Shown piece by piece: positions 51,545-63,893 of a DNA stretch of 64,000 nt (positions are counted from its first letter, which is position 1; each line of letters opens with the position of its first letter). The translations under genes and the position numbers were made by a program. Under the pieces are notes generated by a model. The model ran no database searches, had not been told where the DNA came from, and was given only the letters and a program-made list of their open reading frames with translations. The DNA is taken from the NCBI RefSeq assembly GCF_963921235.1, contig NC_086109.1, positions 32,924,001 through 32,988,000 on the forward strand, written 5' to 3'. Origin of the DNA: Mobula hypostoma. Its lineage: Eukaryota.

Positions 51545-52290
51545 CAGGAGGCGCACGGATTAGTGACCGCGCCCTCCCCCCACCAAGGTGCATGACATGA
51601 GTCAAGATGTCTGGAGTTTGAACCTAGAGTTCAGTATCCTGTCATTGGAAAGACCAGAGTTTGAGGGCTAGAATTCGGGGTCTTGTTATCAGCTAGTACT
51701 GGGGTCCTTAGCGACGATCTAAGCTCGAAGGTCAGTTAGAAATTCAGAAGCCAAAGCCCGATGGCAGAAGCCCTGGGTATATGAGTTTGAGATTCACTGG
51801 GGAAGTCAGAGGCCCGTTGGCTGCGATTCCGCGAGTCCACTGGAGGTTGGCAGCCTAGAGGCCTGTCCTGGGGTTGGAAGTGTGTGTGTGTGTGTCTCTG
51901 TGCCTGTTTTGTTCTGCTGAGCATCGAGGGCATGCTATGTTGGTGCCGGAATGTGTGGCGACATTTATACACTTAAGCGCTGCCCCAGCACATCCTTAGG
52001 TTGCGGTGTTCATTAACGCAAATGACCCACTTCACTCACAAGGGAAATTCTGCACATGTTGGAAGTCCGAGCAACACACACAAAATGCTGGCGGAACCCA
52101 GCAGGCCAGGCAGCATCTATGGAAAAAAAGTACAGTCGACATTCGATTTCAGCCCAAAACATCGACTGTACTTTTTTCCAGTGATGCTGCCCGGCCTGCT
52201 GAGTTCCTCCAGCATTTTGTGTGTGTGACGGACTTCACTGTATGTTTTGATGTACATGTGATAAATAAATGAATCTAAACCTGAATCTGA
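51545..52290 (+). mobile_element. Non-autonomous retroposon with (TGAATC)-like tail; nested inverted Penelope-like fragment at 52037-52231
   Basis: GC-rich head; LINE-like 3' end GTGATAAATAAATGAATCT; nested piece flanked by ACTTCACT TSD. Confidence 0.6.
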
Positions 52291-53667
52291 ACTGACAAGA
52301 GAAGAATTATTAAAATGATATACACAAATTAGATAATAGATCATAATAGATGGTACACGTGTGTACAGATTAAATATTCAACTAGCTTTGAAGCATACCT
52401 ACTAATCATCTGTGAAAGATTAAATTCCATGTGTTCCGAATGTAACAAAGTTCATGTGGATTAAGCAAAGATAAAGTTGATTCTGAGAAATATTTTCTTC
52501 AAAGCTAAGTATAGTTTGGGACCCACAAATAAATGAACTGCCAACAGTACTTGAGTTTTCAGCAATGGTCATCCGCTGCTGAAAAATATTAATGTAAAAT
52601 ATTCACGATTCTTCAGAACCACTGCGAAAAATCTCTTCCATAGCACTCAGTGGAGGGGAGACTGGAATACAGTTACTTTAATTTAAGAAAGAAAAAAATA
52701 TTTGAGAAGATTCAGGATCAGCTTTCACGAACGTCTTAAAGTAACAATCAACCTTGATTGTGGATTGTCCACAAATATCCATATGGCTTCAGTGATGTAC
52801 GGTCTAGATGAATGTGCAGAGTTTATATCAGCGGACAGTAGGAAAAATAGGAGAAGTAGGTGGGAGAGTAGGGTAGGGAGAGAGGCTAATGGACTCATGA
52901 GTCTGAGGAAGGGATGAGTGTGTGAAGAGACCATTGAAACAGGCATACAGAGATACTCATTTAGGTCCTGACAAGCTTCTTGCACTCACTCTTTCATTGG
53001 CTTGGTTAACTTTTTCTTTAACATTATTCTCAGTTTCCTTAAAAAAAAAAGACAGTACGCTTTCTATAGCTTTTCAGCACCAGAGCTCATAACAAGGTGT
53101 TTAACCATTGGTATAGAGTGGATAACTGGAACCAAGGACCTTTTAGTGGCTTCAGCAGAAAGATTCATTGTTCGTTAGACACGGCTTCAAATCTACAAAA
53201 TATAGTCCCGCAGTGAAGCCGCTCTTGGTCTGCGCTTTGAAGCCGGATTTGTGATGAAAAGCTCTGCATCCCTGCTTCCTAGGAAATAAAGCAATGAACT
53301 GAACTAGTGGCAAGACATTGTCCTTTTGCCAAGATTACTGGAATCAACAAATGTTCAAAGACTGGTGGATTGTTTTCCACAGCTCTAAGATTGATTATTC
53401 TCTCGTAAGTTGAAATATGGAGATTCATATTGTTGTGCAGCAAAGAAATAACATCTACTTTTCCCATCGTAGCATTAGCATTACGCAGCTGATACTTTAT
53501 TTAGAGTCTGCCCTTGTTATTGTAGAAATTATTCTTGCCATTTTTCTTCAGGCTTTTGCAGTCTCCAGTGATAAGAGAAAAAAAAACATATTGTGGAGAT
53601 TTAGATTGGGAATACTGGAGGCTGTAACACTGACAAGGCAAAAGCAGATTATGTTATGTCATTTCTT

Positions 53668-53704
53668 TATAACAGCTGTTATACTGACACATTCCCTTAA
53701 AAGG
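53668..53704. promoter_or_regulatory. Candidate muscle enhancer: palindromic E-box plus perfect CArG box in LMOD1 intron 1
   Basis: TATAACAGCTGTTATA (53668-53683) and CCTTAAAAGG (53695-53704), 11 bp apart, in non-repeat DNA. Confidence 0.5.
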
Positions 53705-53840
53705 AGCTAGTCAATAGCATCGGAAAAATTCTAAACTGCTACATCTGGGACCATTAACATCAAAAGTTTCATTCTGGCATCTGTTCACAATTTCTCATGT
53801 GCCCCTTTTGATAACAGACCTACACAGAGCACACAACATG

Positions 53841-54979
53841 ACGAATTCTGCAGATGCTGGAAATTCAAGCAACACACATCAAAGTTGCTGGTGAACGCAG
53901 CAGGCCAGGCAGCATCTCTAGGAAGAGGTACAGTCGACGTTTCGGCCCGAGACCCTTTGTCAGGACTAACTGAAGGAAGAGATAGTAAGAGATTTGAAAG
54001 TGGGAGGGGGAGGGGGAGATCCAAAACGATAGGAGAAGACAGGAGGGGGAGGGATAGAGCCAAGAGCTGGACAGGTGATTGGCAAAAGGGATATGAGATG
54101 ATCATGGGACAGGAGGCCCAGGGAGAAGGAAAAGGGGGAGGAGGGGAAAAGTCCAGAGGATGGGAAAGGGGTATAGTCAGAGGGACAGAGGGAGAAAAAG
54201 GAGAGAGAGAGAAAGAATGTGTGTATATAGATAAATAACGGATGGGGTATGAGGGGGAGGTGGGGCATTAGCGGAAGTTTGAGAAGCCAATGTTCATGCC
54301 ATCAGGTTGGAGGCTACCCAGATGGAATATAAGGTGTTGTTCCTCCAACCCGGGTGTGGCTTCATCTTTACAGTAGCTAAGACCGTGGACAGACATATCA
54401 GAATGGGAATAGGATGTGGAATTAAAATGTGTGGCCACTGGGAGATCCTGCTTTCTCTGGCGGACGGAACGTAGGTGTTCAGCGAAACGATCTCCCAGTC
54501 TGTTTCAGGTCTCGCCAATGTATAGAAGGCCGCATCGGGGGCACCGGACGCAGTATATCACCCCAGCCGACTCACAGGTGAAGTGTCGCCTCACCTGGAA
54601 GGACTGTCTGGGGCCCTGAATGGTGGTAAGGGAGGAAGTGTAAGGGCATGTGTAGCACCCTCTGTCCTTCTGACTATACCCCTTGCCCATCCTCTGGGTT
54701 TTTCTCCCCTCCCCCTTTTCCTTCTCCCTGGTCCTCCTGTCCCATGACCCTCTCATATCCCTTTTGCCAATCAGCTGTCCAGCTCTTGGCTACATCCCTC
54801 CCCCTTCTGTCTTTTCCTATCATTTTGGATCTCCCCCTCTCCCTCCCACTTTCAAATCTTACTAGCTCTTCCTTCAGTTAGTCCTGACGAAGGGTCTCGG
54901 CCCAAAACGGCAATTGTACCTCTTCCTAGAGATGCTGGCTGGCCTCCTGCGTTCACCAACAACTTTGATGTGTGTTGTT
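53841..54979. mobile_element. Penelope-like element fragment (GIY-YIG C-terminus, minus) with inverted pLTR
   Basis: ORF 54505-54756 CYTC...VIYCVRCPRCGLLYIGET; about 320-bp inverted arms; 17-bp TSD ACAGAGCACACAACATG. Confidence 0.9.
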
Positions 54980-55454
54980 ACAGAGCACACAACATGCTTC
55001 TTGTGAAGACTGTTCAATTTTCAGACATTGCCATTGAAGAGGGAATTAAGATAACATAACATTATTAATTCTCTATATTCTAGTTTGGTGTTCAAATTAA
55101 TTTGCTATGGGCTGAATCCTGTTGGATTTGGCCCTTAGTCCATGTTTACCCACCCTCATCTGAGGGTTGAGCAAGCTGACCTTGTAGACCTGAAAGGCAT
55201 CTAGTAAGGCACAATGAGGCTTCAACGATGAGACTCTCACTCTCTCACCCAGTTCCTTCCGCCTTCCATGTTTGAATCCTATTGAACTTAAACAGGTTGA
55301 ACCATTATTGGCCAAAACAGAATCACCAGCCAGCTGGAGATGTGGAACTGCGGATCTCACCACCAAATACTTATTCGATTTCCCCCCACCAAGCCCATTT
55401 TTAATTTTACCATCTTTATTTCTGTGTTATCGAAACCAAATATAATTTTTATGG

Positions 55455-55860
55455 ACAGAGGGTGAATGCCTTTTCTCCAAGGTTCAGGCTTTAAGAACTA
55501 GGTGTAGGGTAAGAGGGGAGAGATTGAAAAGAGATCTGAGGGGAAACTTTTCTCCCAGAGGATGGTCAGTATGTGGAATGAACTGTCAGAGGAAGTGGTG
55601 GCAGAAGGTATATTAACAACATTTAAAAGACTCTTGGACAGCTATGTGGATAGGAAAGGTATAGAGAATGGTTTCACAACTTTGTTGATGCCATGGATCC
55701 CTACCATTAACCAATGGGTCCATGGACCCCAGGGAGACCGCTGGTATAGTGGGATTTGGGCCAAATGTGGGCAAATGGGACTAAACTAGAGAGGAATCTT
55801 AGTCTACATGGACCACCAAAGCTGAAGGGCCTATATCCATGCTGTATGATTCTCTGACTC
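55455..55860 (+). mobile_element. CR1 3' fragment with nested hAT MITE (55667-55743)
   Basis: GATCTGAGGGGAAACTTTT..GTATGTGGAATGAACTG; MITE flanked by GTATAGAG/GTATAGTG. Confidence 0.75.
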
Positions 55861-56557
55861 CATAGTTCCATGACACTAGAGTCTCACAGCAGTTCAGAAC
55901 ATATCTGAGGTTTACATATCACTTCAATCGTGATTGCCCACATTGATTTCTATGGCAGGAGCCTATACCTTGATTCAAAGCACTTTCATTTTGAAGTAGA
56001 AAATTGACTAGGCCACAAGGCCTTGATTGCTTCCCACCAGAGGCTGCCATGCGTTCAGGAGTTGACGTACTGTAGAAGATAGAAATAGTCTCGGCAATGA
56101 ATTGAAATTGTCTGTTGACACATCTTGCACAGGTAATGCCAAGGTTACCTCGGATGGAGGATCCAATCGCCTGTCAAACTAAGTGTCAACATAGAAGGAT
56201 TGATTAAAATACTCAGAGTTGTCACTACACTCAGTTGCAATATCCTTATGCTACTACCCAAGTGATGAAGTTATTTCATAAACATTGTGTAATGGCGCCG
56301 GGGTGCATTATTAATTACGAAAATAAACAATTAATATATCACTGGATTTGCACAGATTAATAGCTTTATTCATGAGAATAGTTTTGTCTGAGCTTTTGCT
56401 ATGGATTTGATTTACATCTGAAGTGCTACCAGAGTCTTCCCCCAAAACTGGGGATGGCGCAAATTAAAACAGCCGCATCCAAATTTCAAGCTTGCAAACT
56501 ACCCAGCTCAAAATGTGCAGCCTATTTACATAAGTTTACGACATTTTGTCATGTCAG

Positions 56558-57765
56558 TATGGAGTACTGTGAGCAGTTTTGGGTCCCTTATCTGAGAAAG
56601 GATGTGCTGGCATTGGCGAGGGTCTGGAGGATGTCACCAGAATGATCCCGGGAATGAAAGGGTTAATGTATGAAGAGTATTTGGTGGTTCTGCACCTCTA
56701 TTCATTGGAGATTACAAGAATGGGGGGGGGGATCTGATCGAAATCTATCAAATATTTAAAAGCTTAGATAGAGTGGATGTGGAGAGGATTTTTCCTATAG
56801 TGGGGGAGTCGAGGACCAGGGGGCGCCAGCATCAAAATAGAAGAACATCCCTTTACGACAGAGATGATGAGGAATCTTTTTAGCCAGAGGGTAGTGATAT
56901 CTGTGGAATTCATTGCCACAGATCGCTGTGGAGGCCAAGTCAGTGGGTATATTTAAAGTGGAGGTTGATAGATTCTTGATTAGTAAGGCAGGAGAATGGA
57001 GAATGAATTGAGAGGCATATTATATCAGCCAAGATGGAATGGTGGAGCAGACTTTATTAACCAAATGGCCTACAAACACAAGGAAAACACAAGGAAATCT
57101 GCAGATGCTGGAATTTCAAACAACACACTTACTAGCTCATCTTTCAGTTAGTCCTGATGAAGGGTCTCAGCCCGAAACGTCAACTGTACCTCTTCCTAGA
57201 GATGCTGCCTGGCCTGCTGCGTTCACCAGCAACTTTTATGTGTGTGGCCTAATTCTGCATCTATGTATTAGGGTCACTTTGCAATAAAATGGGCTTTACT
57301 TTCTTTTTGTTCTGATTGTATTCTTTTTTTGTCAAATTATGTATAATTCATGTCATTCTTCTGATTATATGATGCTATGTTCCTGTAATATGAGGGGTGA
57401 CCTCATTGAAACTAATCAAATGTTGAAATGCCTTGACAGAGTGGATGTGGAGAGGATATTTCCTATAGTGGGGGAGTCTAAGACCAGAGGACACAGACTC
57501 AGAATAGAGGGGCGTTCTTTTAGAACAGAAACGAGGAGGAATTTCTTTAACCAGAGAGTGGTGAACCTGGTGGTATTCATTGCCACAGGCAGCTGTGGAG
57601 GCCATTTAGGCTGAGGCTGATAGATGCTTGATTAGTCAGGGCATGAAGGAATTTGGGGAGAAGACAGGAGATTGGGTCTGAGGGGGAAAATGGATAAGTC
57701 ATGATGAAATGGTGGAGCAGGCTTTTGATGGCTAAATGGCCTAATTCTCCTCCTTATGGTCTTAT
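56558..57765 (+). mobile_element. Two CR1 3' fragments with a nested Penelope-like piece (about 57072-57244)
   Basis: MEYCEQFWVPYLRKDV; MRGDLIET..TRGHRLRI; hammerhead AGTCCTGATGAAGGGTCTCAGCCCGAAACGTC near 57150; TGGCCTA TSD. Confidence 0.8.
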
Positions 57766-58084
57766 TTTTACTGCATGTGCATGCATGCACTTTTCCATCT
57801 GACAATAACCTTGACATTGACTTTTAGTTAGATCCAAATGTATGCCCATCTTCCAACCAACACCATTCCATACACCAAGCCTTATTACTCTGAAATTATA
57901 AATTAAACTCCACTCTCCTGAACACAATGTCCTTTCATTCACAATGTCAAATTGATATAGTGTTATATGCACAACTATATCACGTTATCACAAACTTCAA
58001 CGGCAATGGATTGTGAAGAAAAACAAAACCTTTTATTAACCTCACAACTAGTTCATATCTTCAATGTGCACAACAATAATACAT

Positions 58085-58580
58085 TGAGATATATAAAGTA
58101 GTAGAAAATGGGGACAGGCCCCTTAGCCCAACTCATCCATGTTGATGAGGTGTCTATCTATGATAATATGGGCCTTTGTTTGGCCCATGTCCTTGTAAAC
58201 CTTTCCCATCCATATTCCTGTCTGAAAGTCCTTTAAACATTGTAAATGCACCTGTCTCCACTACATCCTCCGGCAGCTTGTTGCATCGATACACCACACT
58301 TGGCGAGAAAAAAAATTGCCCCTTAGATTCTCTCATCCTCATCCAATGCCATTTGGGTTTTAACCCCTACCCTTGGGGAAAAACTGACTCTCCACTTATT
58401 CATATCCCTTTTGATTTTATAAACCGCAGTGGTCTCCCCTCATTCACCTTCTTGCGAGGGAAAACAGATCTAGCCTATCCAAACTCTTCTTATAACTCAA
58501 ACGGTCCGGTACAGGCAACATTCACGTAAGTCTATTCTGCACCCTCGGTAGCTTAAATTGCATTCTTCCTGCAGTGCAGT
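58085..58580 (-). mobile_element. Old CR1 3' fragment
   Basis: ORF 58154-58342 FFFSPSVVYRCNKLPEDVVE. Confidence 0.7.
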
Positions 58581-59289
58581 GACCACAAATAGGGAGGTGC
58601 CAAACTCTGATGTTGAAATGAGGAAAAAGAGGAGAATCTTTGGGAGGTCACAGAGAGAGGGCAGAGCCTGACTGCCAGAGGAAATGTCAGACACAATTCT
58701 ATTTCCCCACCTATCTCAGGAATGGCCCACCTTCACACCCCATATCTAACCATGATCTGTGCAGGGGAGATCTCATCACCTCATTATGTATACAGTTGCC
58801 ATCATCAGAAGGTATGAAGGTGAAGCAGCTGCTGTGAAAATCTTAAAGCTAGAGTGCCAACAAAATGGAAAACTATTTTAAAATATAGCTCCCTCACTAA
58901 AGTAACAGGATTTCAGATAAAATAATCCAATTGCATTTGGAGAAGTACGATTAATGTATTGTCCATCTTGTTTATGATGATCAACTTATTTACAAGTCAT
59001 TGTCTTAACCATTGACTGACCGAGTGAAGTTGATGATGTGGCATAAGGGAAAGATGTCATGTGTATTAACACGCGGAAATCCAAAGCAACACACAAAAAA
59101 TGTGGGAAGAACTCAGCAATTCGGGCAGCATCTGTTGAAATGAATAAACAGTCGATACTTGGGGCTGAGATCCTATAGAAGCAGGAGGATTTCCTGGTAC
59201 AATTTAAGGGACCATTTTGTAAGTATCCAAGTGAACTGTCCAGAGAAGGTCTGTTTAACAAGCCTTTGAGAAGACAGTACCTCAATAAT

Positions 59290-60455
59290 AAACACAAAAT
59301 AATCTGCAGATGCTGGGATCAAAGCAACACTTACAGTGCGCAGGAGGAACTCAGGAGGTTGGGCAGCATCAGTGGAAACGATGAGTCAACGATTCGGGCC
59401 GGAACCCTTCGTCAGGACTGAAGAATGAAGGAGGGGGAAGGATTTGAAGAATACTAGTAGGTTCGGTTGAAAGATCAGTAATTTGAAAGACAAAGGGGTG
59501 GGGGAGGGGAAGCATCGATGTCATAGGCAGGAAAACAATGGGTAGTAGAAGAAGGAGGCGGAACCATGATGGAAGTGATAAGCATCGGGGGGAGGGGGCA
59601 GAGTGACTTAGGGATAGAGGAAGGGAGGGGGAGGGAATTACTGGAAGTTGGAGAAATCTATGTTCATACCAAGGGGCTGGAGACTATCTAGACGGTATAT
59701 GAGGTATTGCTTCTCCAACCTGAGTTTAGCCTCATCATGGCAGTAGAGGAGGCCATGTATGGACATATCTGAATGCGAATGGGAAGCAGAGTTGAAGTGG
59801 GTGGCTACCGAGAGATCCTGTCTGTTGTGGCGGACAGAGTGGAGGTGCTCGACGAAGCGGTCCCCCAATCTGCATCGGGTTTCACCGATGTAGAGGAGGC
59901 CGCACCGGGAGCACCAGATGCAATAGATGACCCCAACAAACTCACAAGTGAAGTGTTGCCTCACCTGGAAGGACTGTTTGGGGCCCTGAATGGTGGCAAG
60001 AGAGGGGGTGTAGGGACAGGTGTAGCACTTAGGCTTACAGGGATAAGTGCTGGGTGGGAGATCCGTGGAGATGGACGTGCGGATAAGGGAGTCGCGAAGG
60101 GACCGATCCCTGCGGAAAGTGGAGAGGGGTGGAGAGGGAAAAATGTGCTTAGCGGTGGGGTCCTGTTGAAGGTGGCGGAAGTAGCGGAGGATAATGTGCT
60201 GGATCTGGAGGCTGGTGGGGTGGTAGGTGAGGACAAGGGGAGCTCTGTCCCTGTTGTGGTTGCGGGAGGATGGGGTGAGGGCCGAAGTGCGGGAAATGGA
60301 GGAGATGCGGGTGAGGGCATCATTGATGGCGGTAGAAGGGAAACCATGATCCTTAAAGAAAGAGGACATTTAAGACGTCCTGGAACGGAAAGCCTCATCC
60401 TCAGAGCAGATGGGGCGGAGGTGGAGGAACTGGGAATAGGCAATGGCATTTTTGC
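59290..60455 (-). mobile_element. Penelope-like (Neptune-type) element 3' part: RT thumb, Cys linker, GIY-YIG endonuclease, pLTR
   Basis: ORF 59638-60369: PLVLTYHP, YPCKPKCYTC, VIYCIWCSRCGLLYIGET..RFVEH..VATHF; 11-bp TSD ACCTCAATAAT. Confidence 0.92.
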
Positions 60456-60914
60456 ACCTCAATAATGTTCTGAAATATCAGATTGGAGGCTCCTTCTCAC
60501 TAAAATTCACCACAAGTTTTCCTCATGAGTTAAGTAACTGGTCGCTTGGTTGTAAAGCAAGCTTTGTTTTGCAACTGAAACATCAGTACTGGTTTTTATA
60601 AACTGATTCCCACAGAATAAAATTTTGGCTGCAGTCCATCAAATGGTTTGTTTAAGACCATGTCCTGAAGCTTTTCCTAATTAGGATGACGATTCCCCAA
60701 CTGTGAAGGTTTAATGAACTTACATTACTCTTCATCCAGCTTCACTTCAGTTTGAGACTTTTAACCTCTATCTGATGCATAAACTCAGCATTAGGATCAT
60801 ATGGTTTATTCCTGTACATGCATTTATGATCTTAAAAGTCTGTCCATGGCACATTTAAGAGAACCTTACAAATTCCTTTCTATTTGTCTTTGAACACTGT
60901 TACATCTTCAGTCC

Positions 60915-61560
60915 CAACCGCTCACTATATTTTTCTGACTGCTGTCTGAGTCAGGTTTAACCCTGCTGTGCTGTTTGTGAGGAGTTGTCATGTTCTCGCT
61001 GTGACCGTGTGCATTTCCTCCAGATGTCTGGGTTTTCTGTTTTGTTTATTGATTTATTTAGAGGTACAGAGCAAAACAGGCCCTTCTGGCCCAGAGCCAC
61101 ACCTGCTCAGCAGCCCACCTATTTAACCCTAGCCAATTTACAATGGCTGATTAACCCACACGTCTTTGGAATGTGGGAGGAAATCAGACACAGGCAATTT
61201 ACCATAACCGATTAACCGGTACAATTTGGACTGTGGGAGGAGACCGGTATGCCTGGAGAAAACCCATGCACTCAAGGGAAGGATGTACAAACTTCTTACA
61301 GATGGTGTCAGAATCGAACTCAGAACTCGATCTCCCCGAGCCGTAATAGCGTAGCGCTAACTGCTATGATACTGTGGCACCCAGTCTCACACATCTCGAT
61401 GACATGAAGGGTGGCAGGTAAGCAATTGGTTTAATCTTAGGGAAGGTGGTGGAAATGTGCAGCGTGTTGGAATTATGGAGGACTATGTGGGAGGGAAGGG
61501 TTAGATTGTCTAAAATTAGGCATAACATCATGGGCTGAAGGCTGAAGTGCTATGTTCTGT
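60915..61560. mobile_element. Nested V-SINE-like elements (minus copy about 61045-61385 inside a plus copy)
   Basis: V-domain-like GTGCATTTCCTCCAGATGTCTGGG on plus; GGGTTTTCTCCAGGCATACCGG on minus. Confidence 0.7.
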
Positions 61561-63107
61561 GTTTTAATCAAATAGAAATAGTGTAGATTAACTGTAAATG
61601 GATGTTTTTTGGCCAATGTAGGCTTAGAATCTCAAAGGTTCTGCTTCTGTACTTTGTAACGATGTGACTCTAATTATAGACAGAACTCACAAATGGGAAT
61701 TGGCATAGTGCCTCTGACTCGAGACTCAATAACCCATCTTTGGCAATTGACCAGCCTCTCCACCCACCTCCACACTCTCATACACTACTTAGCCAATGAG
61801 AGCCCCTCACTTTGCTTTTCCATGACCATTAGTTTTACCTGTTACGTTACTGGTTATTTCCATGACCACACTGATTCCTTGGGTCCCATGGCCTCCCAGA
61901 GGCCTTCCCTGCAAAAAGCTCTTGAAGTATAATTGGATGCGACTGGATGAATTCCAAAGTCATTTAAGTGGGTACTATTATAATACTGAAAATGCCTCTC
62001 GATGTCTTGTAGTTGGAAAAGGCTATTCACAGATAAAGATTTGACATATCCCCAGTCTTCAGCAACAGTTTCTATGACTGAGGATAAAAAATTACATTGC
62101 AAAAGTCAATCTGCAAGAAAGGACAGCTCTTGGATTACAAGTTGGTAATTCACAGAAGCTCAAGATATCCAACATTGGCATCTCTTATTCTCCTAAACCT
62201 GTTATCTTGATCCTGACGCCACACAACTTTGTCTACACCTAACCATAACATCCATTATAAAATATTATTTACCTGCTGCTCATAAGTCATTTGAAATTTT
62301 AAAGTATAATTTACCAAATATAAGCACTTATGGATTTTGCTTTTACTTTAATGACCATGAAACTGTAATACATCCTAGAAACTACCTGAACAGCCACACA
62401 TCACCACTTCCCAAGGACCTTAGGGGTACAGCATAAGCTGTTCTACTGAATTGCTAACACCACAAGGTCTAGATAATGAGCAGACCACGTCTCAAGGCTC
62501 TTGAACCAATGACAATCAGCATGAATGCTGGATGGTTGAAGCCAAGTTTGGTAGAATGCATTTCTGTTGTGGGCAAAATAGTCAAGCATATGATCAGTAT
62601 AGTAGATTTTCCAAATCTTAATGCATTTGTCAATCATCAATATCATGCAAAGCCCATAAATATGAGAAAACAACTCCAGGTCACTGGGAATTTTTCAGTG
62701 ATAGTATCCTTTAGAAGTTTTTGAACTGAGAACGCACACATTACTGGGGTTCTTCAGTTCATAATATTTTAATTTTGCAAAGCCCAAATCAGAATACTGG
62801 TCTAATTCAGTAGATGGACTCGAATGTTGTGTTAATTGAGACATCAGTAACAATTTAACATTAATGTTTTTTGTTGGCAAAACATTTAGCACAGTCTCTG
62901 AAGTTGCCAATATAATGATAATCTTAACACTCATGCATTTTAGTGCTTAAATCACAGTCCAATTTTACTACTTGATTCGAAAGAGGAACTGCCATGATGT
63001 TAATCCAGTAAAGATGGTGAAACTGCCCACTCACTTTATCCATGAACGTAAAACTTCAAATCTATTCTCGATATAAAAAAAATTTATATACTGTGCACAG
63101 ATATATA

Positions 63108-63250
63108 CAAACATGTTTATGTGTGCATACACACAGAAATACACTCTCTCTCTTTCTCTCTCTCGCCCTCTCCCTCTCCCTCTACCCCTCTCCCTCCCCC
63201 CTCCCCCTTTGCTCTCTCTCTCTCTCTCTTTCACACACACACATTCACAC
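63108..63250. repeat. Compound (CT)n/C-rich/(CA)n microsatellite near the 5' end of LMOD1 intron 1
   Basis: Directly visible low-complexity tract. Confidence 0.9.
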
Positions 63251-63511
63251 TCAAAATCAGGCAATTTCACTATCAAGAATCAACTCATTAGAGCATGCAA
63301 ATGAAGAACAGCAGGCATGAATATTTATCACAATGTTTGTTGAATGAACAGAGTATAAGCAAAGTATTAAAGATGTTGTCAATTGTAACTGTAGTACTCA
63401 AACTTTCAATCCATTTTGACTAGTTATTAATATACATCAAAATACTCCTGTCAATAGACAACTCCTTCTCTATCAGTCTCTATCTGATTTCTCACAGTAG
63501 GTGAGTATTAC

Positions 63512-63715
63512 CTCCTGATCACACGTTCCTGTTGGCTGCTTCTCTAGCTGGTTTCTCTGTCTCAATCCGACAGCCACACTGGAATTAGGATCCATGACCT
63601 CCAGCTCTATTTGTAGTTCTTGCATTTCCTCCGGAGAAAGATTTGCCAGCAGGTTATCAATATCTGGATCCTCGCTCACCTGCCTTTTGTATTCGTGCTT
63701 TCTAAACCGTGACAT
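63512..63715 (-). CDS. LMOD1: Leiomodin-1 coding exon 1 (tropomyosin-binding N-terminus); 3' boundary inferred
   Basis: MSRFRKHEYKRQVSEDPDIDNLLANLSPEEMQEL...VGLRQRNQLEKQPTG; the GAG|gtaata donor at 63512/63511 is phase 0 and precedes the in-frame TGA at 63475-63473. Confidence 0.85.
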
Positions 63716-63893
63716 TTTTTCTACCTTGTGATCCAAAAAAGCCCAAGCTACAGCTGTACAGTCCAGAGTCCCCAGTTGAATCACCCCTTTGCAGTGAAAT
63801 CCAGCTACATCCAAGGAAAGATAGATTTGACAATGTTTGATAGCTTGAATAATAAAACTAGCTGTTGAAGAACCAAGCAAGTGTGTAGTGACT

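Noticed and set aside
4553..59420. Recurring palindromic motif of about 36 bp as a CRISPR-like repeat
   Set aside because: Dispersed, not regularly spaced, eukaryotic context; explained by Penelope-like hammerheads.
59773..60465. 230-aa plus-strand and 162-aa alternative-frame ORFs
   Set aside because: Antisense or alternative frames of the GC-rich Penelope-like ORF.
63716..63880. N-terminal extension of the exon-1 ORF
   Set aside because: Starts at a non-ATG codon; homology begins at ATG 63715; treated as 5' UTR.
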